Source of the DNA: an uncultured Verrucomicrobiota bacterium
GTDB taxonomy: Bacteria > Verrucomicrobiota > Kiritimatiellia > RFP12 > UBA1067
Length of the DNA: 58,899 nucleotides
Assembly: GCA_946613265.1 (NCBI GenBank)
Contig: CAMOFK010000006.1
Span: 1-58,899, forward strand
Direction: 5' to 3'
In this document: in pieces, positions 27,000 to 34,141 of the stretch
Numbering within the stretch: position 1 is the first letter of the stretch
How the letters are laid out: each line of letters opens with the position of its first letter
Position numbers and translations under genes: made by a program
Notes under the pieces: generated by a model
The model's input: the letters and a program-made list of their open reading frames with translations, nothing else
Told to the model about the DNA's origin: nothing
The model's database searches: none

Positions 27000-29951
27000 T
27001 CAATCAACGCGGTTGCCCATTGCATCCACCCACATCTCGCCGTTCCACGTCAGGGTCTTGTCGGTCGTCTTGTCGAAATAGGTCTCGAGGTATTCGGGGT
27101 GCTCCGGACGCGAAGTCATGGAGTGGTCGAGGTTGACGGTGCGGAAGTTGTGTCCGCTGCCATTCTCCCAGAAGCGCTTGAGACCGAACGCCTTGCCCTG
27201 CATGGTGTAGGAGACGTAGCCGAGCCACGCGCCGGGCCTCGCCTCCTTCGCCGCGCATCCGTCGCCGTCGGGGCCGTCGGGGATGTAGTCGGCGTTGAAG
27301 CGTTCGATGTTGAAGTCGATTGCCGTTAGGTGTCCCTTGCCGCCCAGGAACGGCAGATACGTATTGCCCTCGTCGCAGCAGTTGATCCATGTCATCGTCT
27401 TCGGCGTTCCCGTCGTCGCGCGGTAGCCGTAGCAGCAGCGCGCCGCCGTGCAGGCCTTCATGACAAGGTGATCGACGCCCTGGAAGAGGAAGCCGGTGTG
27501 CATCCCGCCGACATTAACCCAGTCGTAGGCGATGCGCGACGCCTCGTCGTTCGAGCCGCGACACGAGACGACGCCGATCGACCCCTTCGCGGGCGTCGCC
27601 GGCTTCTTGTGCAGGAAGCGGTCGTTGAAATACTGCTCGGTATAGACGCCAACCATGTCGATGTGCATATTGCCGAAGCACGAGCCGTCGATGCCGCGCC
27701 AAGGCTTGGACGCGTCGTGGAACAGAATCTGGATGTCGCGGAAGTTCACGTTGTTCACGAACGTGTATTTGAAGAACACCCCCGGCGCCTTCGGCTTCTT
27801 CGCCGTGCCGCAGAAGAGCCGGTACGTGTCCTTCGGCTCCATCGCGGAAACAGCCTTCTCCGTGACGTGGATGCCGACGCCGAAGCGCGTGTTGTAGGAC
27901 TTGTTCTCCGTGCCGCCCACTACGTTGATTGTGCGCGCCCGCCCCTCGTTATAGCCGAAGAGGACGGCGGTGTTGCCCTCGTAGGGGAACGCGTCGATGT
28001 AGTAGTCGCCGTCCGCGAGCTTCAGCGTCCCGCCGCGCGTCAGGGTCTCGACCGCCTTCGTCAGCACCGTCTCGTCGTTCGTTCCCGTGCAGACGAAATC
28101 GGCGGCGGCCTTCTCGGCCTCGGACGAATTGGCGGCGGCGACGCGGACGATCTGTGGCGAGTCTGGCGCGGCGGGGTGAATCGCGGCGGAGGCGACGGGG
28201 CGCGCGTCCAGAGAAAGCACCTGGCCGTCGGCGACGAGGCGGGCGGCGAGCGCGTCGTATGGCACGTCCTGGACTGCGGAGCCGTTTGCGGCGGCCATCG
28301 CGCCAGCGGTTCCGGCCACCTGGCCGAGCGCGAAGAAGACCGGCTCCATCCTGATTGACCCGAACGCCATGTGAGAGGCCGAGAGGCACACGGGCACGAG
28401 CAGGTTCTCGCATTCGCCGCGCTTCGGGGTTATCGCGCCGTAGTCGATGCCGTAGGGCTTCATCCTGCCGCCCTTCGCGCGTTTGGCGGCGTCAGGCCCC
28501 CATGCGCTGTAGCGTCCGCGGTCCTGCACGTCGCCCTCGTTCTGCACATCGCCCCTTGCGGTGACGACGCGGCGGACGTTGTGCGAATCCATCGTGTACG
28601 CGCCCATCGCGACAGGGTGCGGCGCGACGCGGTCGCCCCGGCACTCGTGCTCGGTCATCACGTATTCGCCGACCATGCGCCGCGCCTCGCGCACGTAGAG
28701 CTGGCTCTGCCATCCGTCGCCAGGGCCATCCAAGAACTCGTCCTTGCATGTGCCCCATTTCGACACCTCGGCGCGAATCTTCTCCGGGACGCGCGGATGG
28801 TTGGCGAGCGTCCACATAAGTCCCTTCTGGTAGTCGAGGTGCGCCTTGAAGATTTCGGCGCGGCGCTCGTACGACGCCTCCGGCCATTCGTAGTTGCGTC
28901 CGATAAAGTCGGTCGAAAAGCCCAGGCGGTTGTTCGTGTCCGTCTTGCGGTTCGGCATCTTCGAGTTGATCCACGGCACGGCGCCCTCGCCTTTCGCGAA
29001 GTTGCGGAAGAGAAGTTCGTATTCGCGCTCGTCGTAGTTCGCGGGCTTCTTGAACGGAATGCGGTTCTCCGGATCGTCCGTAAGGCACATGCGGAAGTTG
29101 TAGGCCTGCACGCGCTTGTCGCCGTCGCCGTCCTTCTCGTTCGGATTGCAAGGCTCGATGCCGGGAAGAAGTCCGCTTTCGGGCTTGCCCTCCACGACGT
29201 AGGGACTGACGCCCTGCTTCAGCTGATGGCCCTTCGCCTCGCGAAACTGGATGCCGCTGATCGTCTCTCCATAGACGCTGTTCGCCTCGCGTCCGACGGT
29301 GTAGTTGACGCCCGCCGCCGCCATGAGGTCGCCCTCATACGTCGCGTCGATGAACACCTTGCCGCGATAGACATTGCCCGAGAGCGTCTTGACGGACACG
29401 ATGCGTCCGTCCTGCTTCTCAACTCCCTTCCCGCGGTCGAGGAACTCGCCGCGCCGGATGTCGAGCCTGCCCTGCTTCTCCCAACCTTCGAGAATCGCGA
29501 GCGCGGCGGACGGCTCGAACGTCCACATGGAGCCGTCGCCCATCGTTCCTGCGGTCTGACCGTGCGGCTTGTACTGCTCCGGCGTCTGGCGCGTCCAGTG
29601 TGCGCTATCGGCATACCACTTCGCGACGTCGCTGTAGAACTCGAGCGCAATGCCGCCGAACGCGGACTTGTTGCCGATGTCGGTCTGTCCGAGTCCGCCC
29701 GTCGTAAGCCCGCCGATGCGCGTCTCCGGCGAGACGATGACAGCGGACTTGCCCATGCGCCCGGCCTGCACCGCCGCAGAGATCGCCGCCGGGCTGGAGC
29801 CGTATATCACGATATCGCTCGTTGTCTCCGGGCGATCCTCCTTCGCTAAAGCTACGGAAGGCGAGTATGCAAATATGCAAACGCCCAATGCCGTCAGAGA
29901 GCGAGACACGAGACGCGGGACGCACCCATTTTCATATTTCCATAATTTCAT
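27000..29951 (-). CDS. Secreted FAD-dependent oxidoreductase fused to a beta-helix/tailspike-like domain
   Basis: DIVIYG, GGLTTGGLG, FIDATYEGDL, QAYNFR, YVREARR, SIRMEP; then ADFVCTGTND..GGTLKLADGDY and terminal YFD...W.DA.G. Confidence 0.8.
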   Translation of the reverse strand: MKLWKYENGCVPRLVSRSLTALGVCIFAYSPSVALAKEDRPETTSDIVIYGSSPAAISAAVQAGRMGKSAVIVSPETRIGGLTTGGLGQTDIGNKSAFGGIALEFYSDVAKWYADSAHWTRQTPEQYKPHGQTAGTMGDGSMWTFEPSAALAILEGWEKQGRLDIRRGEFLDRGKGVEKQDGRIVSVKTLSGNVYRGKVFIDATYEGDLMAAAGVNYTVGREANSVYGETISGIQFREAKGHQLKQGVSPYVVEGKPESGLLPGIEPCNPNEKDGDGDKRVQAYNFRMCLTDDPENRIPFKKPANYDEREYELLFRNFAKGEGAVPWINSKMPNRKTDTNNRLGFSTDFIGRNYEWPEASYERRAEIFKAHLDYQKGLMWTLANHPRVPEKIRAEVSKWGTCKDEFLDGPGDGWQSQLYVREARRMVGEYVMTEHECRGDRVAPHPVAMGAYTMDSHNVRRVVTARGDVQNEGDVQDRGRYSAWGPDAAKRAKGGRMKPYGIDYGAITPKRGECENLLVPVCLSASHMAFGSIRMEPVFFALGQVAGTAGAMAAANGSAVQDVPYDALAARLVADGQVLSLDARPVASAAIHPAAPDSPQIVRVAAANSSEAEKAAADFVCTGTNDETVLTKAVETLTRGGTLKLADGDYYIDAFPYEGNTAVLFGYNEGRARTINVVGGTENKSYNTRFGVGIHVTEKAVSAMEPKDTYRLFCGTAKKPKAPGVFFKYTFVNNVNFRDIQILFHDASKPWRGIDGSCFGNMHIDMVGVYTEQYFNDRFLHKKPATPAKGSIGVVSCRGSNDEASRIAYDWVNVGGMHTGFLFQGVDHLVMKACTAARCCYGYRATTGTPKTMTWINCCDEGNTYLPFLGGKGHLTAIDFNIERFNADYIPDGPDGDGCAAKEARPGAWLGYVSYTMQGKAFGLKRFWENGSGHNFRTVNLDHSMTSRPEHPEYLETYFDKTTDKTLTWNGEMWVDAMGNRVD

Positions 29952-29985
29952 ATTTCCACACTTTCACACTTCCACGTTTTCACCT
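29865..29985. repeat. Octamer-armed palindromic element, copy 2 (overlaps start and signal peptide of 27000-29951)
   Basis: Near-identical to 26659-26771. Confidence 0.85.
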
Positions 29986-30140
29986 CAGCGATCTTCCGGC
30001 GAGGCGCCAGCTTCCAGTAACAATTCCCGTCGGCACTCATGGTCGCACGATTCACCGTCCGCCGGCATGAGCGTAACGGCAGACTCTTTGTCGCCATATC
30101 CCGCATTTCCGCGATTCGGTTGTTTATGCCAATGTGGAAG

Positions 30141-30202
30141 TGTTGCCAATAGCAATGTTGCCAATTCCCAATTGGATATTGGTCATTGGCAACATTGGCA
30201 AC
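30141..30202. repeat. Intergenic palindromic tandem-repeat element
   Basis: tgttgccaa..tgttgccaa ttcccaa / ttggata ttggtca ttggcaaca ttggcaaca. Confidence 0.75.
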
Positions 30203-30213
30203 AATCCCTTCGC

Positions 30214-32625
30214 TTACCGGAAAATCACGGTCAGGCCGGTGGGCGGAACGGAGAGAATGAGATTCTCGCCGTCGTCCGTGAGAGTAGCCTTGCGCCCATT
30301 AAGAGCCGTACCGGTTACGGTCAAATGGTCGGCATAGCCCGCAGGCACAGAGTTGAAGAGGAAGTACTCCCCGCCCTTAAGCGGCTTCTCGCCGTCAATC
30401 CTGATCGTCGCCTTTCCTTCTTCGGGAAGCGTGACAGGGATAATGTCGCGCGCCGTAAACGTGCGGTCTGCGTTCGCCGGCAGCGCGAGCGTCGTACCTG
30501 CTGCAAGCGAAATCGTGCCGTTGCCTGTGATCTTCTTGCCGGCGTTCACCTGCAAGGTCGCCGTGTCCGTCACGGAAAGCGTCTTTTTGCTTGCGATGTA
30601 TGTATTCTGCTCTTCCTCAGTGAGGCCACTGTTCGATCCGGTCGTATCCACGACGACCGTCCCATGGCCCGCTACCGTCACATTGCCGCCAACTGCCTTG
30701 ATGCGTCCCTCAAGCGTGACGATGCGTCCAACTGTCGAGTCGTCATAGTCAGTGGTGTCAATGACAAGCGAGCCGTTATTGTCAATGCATATGTCGCCAT
30801 TGGTAGAGCCAGCCTTGCCGGAGTTGCGCAGTGTCCAGTTCGCGGACGAGCCGAGCGTCGCGACTACCGGACTGTCTGAGTCCCCCTTGACAAGGAACGT
30901 GGTGTAGTTCGCCTGACGCGAATTTTCGAATCGGAAGCCGTTCTCGCCCACTACCCACATGCCGTCTCCATTCTGGTTGGAAGAGTTTAGATACATCTTC
31001 AGCTGTGCGGGGGTGCTCATGTTCTTGTAAACGATTTCCCTTGCACGAATCGGACGGGTTTTCGCGGAGACAGACACGAACTCGGAGACGTGCGTATTAC
31101 CCATAGTGGCGTAGCCGATGACACTGTTCGCCCTCACAATGCCCTCGTTGGAATAGAGCAACGCGACCCAAGCATCGGCTACGTCCGCCGTCCCCACCAA
31201 GTCTTTCTTGACCTCAAGCGTCGCGTCAGCCGCAACGGCAAGCTTGCTCGCGTTCGTGAGGCAGTTCACCGTGAGCGCTCCCGCAAGCGTGACGACTGCT
31301 GAATCATCGGGAATCGTCAACGTATTGGGGGCAAAGTTGCCGCTGTTCGTCAAAGTAATCGGGGATGCCCACTTGATCGTCGGATTTTCCGTCGGCACGG
31401 CCCCGTCCGACCAGTTGGACGCGGCGCTCAGATCGCCGCTGCCGCCGATCCAGTACGGGCCTTCCAAACCATTGACCGCGAGTATCGACTTGCCGTCCGG
31501 CGAAACGGCGAACGTGACGGTTTCGGTATTCGCCGGCAAATCGCTCGCGCTGAACGTCCCCTCGCCAGAAAGTCTCACGACCTCGCAAATATTGTTCTCG
31601 AGTCCCGCAACCGTAATCGCGCCCAGCGCCGTCCGCTTGGCAACATCGGGAACGACCACGACCGTACCCGCTTCGACCGTCGTGCCGCCAGTGTAGTTGA
31701 TTGCGCCTGAGAGCGTCACCGTGCCGCCGCCCTTGAACGTCATCGCACCCGTTGCGCCAGCGGCGTTGCCCAGGTCTGCTGCAATCGTCACGTTGTAACC
31801 TGCCGCATCAATCGTGCCACCGTTCGCGCCGACCGTGACATTGACACCCTCGCCGCTCCCGTGGGAAATCAATCCTTTTGAATTAGCCTTATTGGCCTTA
31901 ATTGTGCCGCCGTTGAAGTTGACAGTAAGCGAACCGCCAGCAACTTCGTCCTCAATATGCTGCGTCACGAATGTTCCGCCGTTCAGATTCAGCGTTCCAT
32001 TTCCGTCAGTGCTCTTCGTCCATTTGTTGTTGGCGACTGTTACCGTTCCGCTGTTTAGCGTGAACGTCGCCGAAGCGTCGGCCGCCGCACCAATGACAAG
32101 ATCGCCGCTCAACTTCCAGTCGCTGTTGTTGCAGACGATTTTCCCGCTTCTGAGAGATGCCGTTCCGCTGAGATTCAGCGTCGTTCCATCAAGGAGGAGA
32201 TACGCCGTCGTGCTAGCACCTGCCAAATACAAATCTTTCCCGTTGAAAGTCCCGCCCCGAAATATTGCACCAGCATTGTTATCAGCGGTGCCAATATTTG
32301 TTGTGTTTGGCATTGTAAAGGATGCGTTGTTCTGAAACACGAAAGGATCTTCTTCCGACCCCACCTGCACATGCATCGTGGTCAGAGTTTCTGTAGTATT
32401 CTCGTTTATTGTCGCCAATCGGTTCCATGTACCGCTGATCTTGTCGCTGTTGAACCAGATATGACCGGAACCGTTCCCGGTCCAGTTCCCTGATGTGGAC
32501 CAGTAGGAATCCGCTCCGTTGCCAGTCCATGTCTTCGCCGCCCAAGCGCCGGTGGTGGCGAATGAGATTGCGAGTGAAAGCACCGCAGCGAGGCGGTGTG
32601 CCGTCTGTTTTGCTCGTGTTTTCAT
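30214..32625 (-). CDS. Secreted autotransporter-passenger-like beta-helix surface protein (no beta-barrel)
   Basis: RBS AAAGGAG; signal peptide; WTG...WSTSGNW, GGGTVTLSG...YTGGTTV repeats; ends VPPTGLTVIFR. Confidence 0.78.
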   Translation of the reverse strand: MKTRAKQTAHRLAAVLSLAISFATTGAWAAKTWTGNGADSYWSTSGNWTGNGSGHIWFNSDKISGTWNRLATINENTTETLTTMHVQVGSEEDPFVFQNNASFTMPNTTNIGTADNNAGAIFRGGTFNGKDLYLAGASTTAYLLLDGTTLNLSGTASLRSGKIVCNNSDWKLSGDLVIGAAADASATFTLNSGTVTVANNKWTKSTDGNGTLNLNGGTFVTQHIEDEVAGGSLTVNFNGGTIKANKANSKGLISHGSGEGVNVTVGANGGTIDAAGYNVTIAADLGNAAGATGAMTFKGGGTVTLSGAINYTGGTTVEAGTVVVVPDVAKRTALGAITVAGLENNICEVVRLSGEGTFSASDLPANTETVTFAVSPDGKSILAVNGLEGPYWIGGSGDLSAASNWSDGAVPTENPTIKWASPITLTNSGNFAPNTLTIPDDSAVVTLAGALTVNCLTNASKLAVAADATLEVKKDLVGTADVADAWVALLYSNEGIVRANSVIGYATMGNTHVSEFVSVSAKTRPIRAREIVYKNMSTPAQLKMYLNSSNQNGDGMWVVGENGFRFENSRQANYTTFLVKGDSDSPVVATLGSSANWTLRNSGKAGSTNGDICIDNNGSLVIDTTDYDDSTVGRIVTLEGRIKAVGGNVTVAGHGTVVVDTTGSNSGLTEEEQNTYIASKKTLSVTDTATLQVNAGKKITGNGTISLAAGTTLALPANADRTFTARDIIPVTLPEEGKATIRIDGEKPLKGGEYFLFNSVPAGYADHLTVTGTALNGRKATLTDDGENLILSVPPTGLTVIFR

Positions 32626-32912
32626 TGTTTCTCCTTTGTTGTTTAGAAGCAGCTGGTGGCGGTTTGCGGTCGCGAGCAATGCGCGATAGCGAGGCTCCTG
32701 GAGGTACAGGAGCCGCGAAACCTCGGGGGCGGAAAAACACATTCTATGCGCGCATCCGCGCGCATGGCCGCCATACGGCCTTCTGATGCATGTTTTACAT
32801 GGGGGGAGACAGGGAGGCAGAACGCGATTAAACGCCATGAACGCCATCGCCGGTGCAGTTCGTACGGCGATAATGTCACGCCAGTTTATAGCGACTACTT
32901 GCATCATTTTCA

Positions 32913-32921
32913 ATTATACCA
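32913..32921 (-). promoter_or_regulatory. Extended -10 promoter (TGGTATAAT)
   Basis: Perfect TGnTATAAT about 290 nt upstream of the 32625 start. Confidence 0.55.
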
Positions 32922-33025
32922 TATTTCAAGCTGGAGGTCGCTACTGGTTTTAACCAGTTTTTTGGCTCTCGATCTGGCATTTGAAATTCCGTAGCGCGTT
33001 GCGAGCGCGTTGCGGGCGGGCACGC

Positions 33026-33055
33026 TTTACATGAGCGGACGGAAAATGCTACAAT
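33026..33055 (+). promoter_or_regulatory. Sigma70-type promoter for nadD
   Basis: TTTACA-18nt-TACAAT with TG extension. Confidence 0.55.
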
Positions 33056-33135
33056 ATCCCCCGTCGGCACACAATGGCGGCATCGCGCGCATCTGGCATC
33101 GGCGGCAATTTACAAATCAACGAGGATCAAAGAAA

Positions 33136-33828
33136 ATGAAAATCGGAATATTCGGAGGGAGTTTCGATCCCGTCCACAACGGCCATGTCGGCATAGCGAA
33201 AAAGGCGCTGGAAGAGCTTGGCTTGGATCGCCTCGCCGTCGTGCCGGCGGCCGTCAGCCCTTTCAAGGCGGATGAAGCAGGGCAGGCGCTTTTCGATGCT
33301 CCAACGCGCCTCATGCTTGTTCGCGCGGCTTTCAACGGCATCGAGCGCGTCGTCGTCGATGATCGCGAAATTCTTCGCGGCGGCACGAGCTATGCGATTG
33401 ACACCGTGCGCCAATATGCCGGCGAAAATCCCGATGCGCAACTCTATTTCATAATCGGCGAAGATTCGCGTGACGGCCTGCCGCGCTGGAAAGAATACGA
33501 TACGCTGAAAACCCTCTGCCGCTTCGTCGCATATCCCCGCACTCCGGAATCTTCGACGCATATCCGCTCGCTTCTCGCAGCGGGCGCGGACATCGCCGCG
33601 TTCGTTCCCGATGCCGTGGCGCTCTTCATCAGGCATCATGTCCGCGAGAATGCCGATTCGCGCCTCGCTTCCACAGTGCGCTCGGGACTTGTCCGCAAAG
33701 CCGGCTATTGCCCGTGCCGACTGCCGAAGCTCCCGGAATTCTTCTGCCCGTGCGAGGAATTTCGCGGCCAGCTCGCCGATCCTTCTTTCCACGGCCTCTG
33801 CCATTGCAGATTGTACGATAAGCCGTAA
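33136..33828 (+). CDS. nadD: Nicotinate-nucleotide adenylyltransferase fused to a ferredoxin:thioredoxin reductase catalytic-like domain
   Basis: GIFGGSFDPVHNGH, SYAIDT, IIGED, SSTHIR; C-terminal CPC-x9-CPC-x15-CHC. Confidence 0.9.
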   Translation: MKIGIFGGSFDPVHNGHVGIAKKALEELGLDRLAVVPAAVSPFKADEAGQALFDAPTRLMLVRAAFNGIERVVVDDREILRGGTSYAIDTVRQYAGENPDAQLYFIIGEDSRDGLPRWKEYDTLKTLCRFVAYPRTPESSTHIRSLLAAGADIAAFVPDAVALFIRHHVRENADSRLASTVRSGLVRKAGYCPCRLPKLPEFFCPCEEFRGQLADPSFHGLCHCRLYDKP

Positions 33829-33969
33829 GCGCGCCACCTCCCGAACGCCAGGCGCCTTCGCGCACTTCCGCCGCGCGCGCCCCTTCCAGACGCGGCGCCG
33901 CCATGCCCGGCTCGCGGCGTGGTTCCGGCGTCGTTCTGTTGCGCGCAGGCCTTTGGACTGCGCAAAACA

Positions 33970-34064
33970 CCACTAGATATTGTGGTGCGGCGCTAATTGT
34001 CCACAACCTGTAGATAAGTTTTTTACTTCTCCCCCTTGCGCGGACACAATATATAGTGTATCAT
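33970..34064 (+). promoter_or_regulatory. nrdD promoter with two NrdR boxes and two DnaA-like boxes
   Basis: ccactagatattgtgg (33970-33985), acacaatatatagtgt (34044-34059); ttgtccaca (33997-34005), tgtagataa (34009-34017); TTGCGC-17nt-TATCAT. Confidence 0.8.
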
Positions 34065-34141
34065 ATGCGTCGTTGCCTACCACAGAATGTGGTTTTGCGG
34101 CAGAATTTATCGATTTGAAGTATCCAATCAGGGGGACACCG

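Noticed and set aside
29986-30130. Possible further gene fragment (MSADGNCYWK...) on the minus strand
   Set aside because: Too short to assign, with no paralogue in the window
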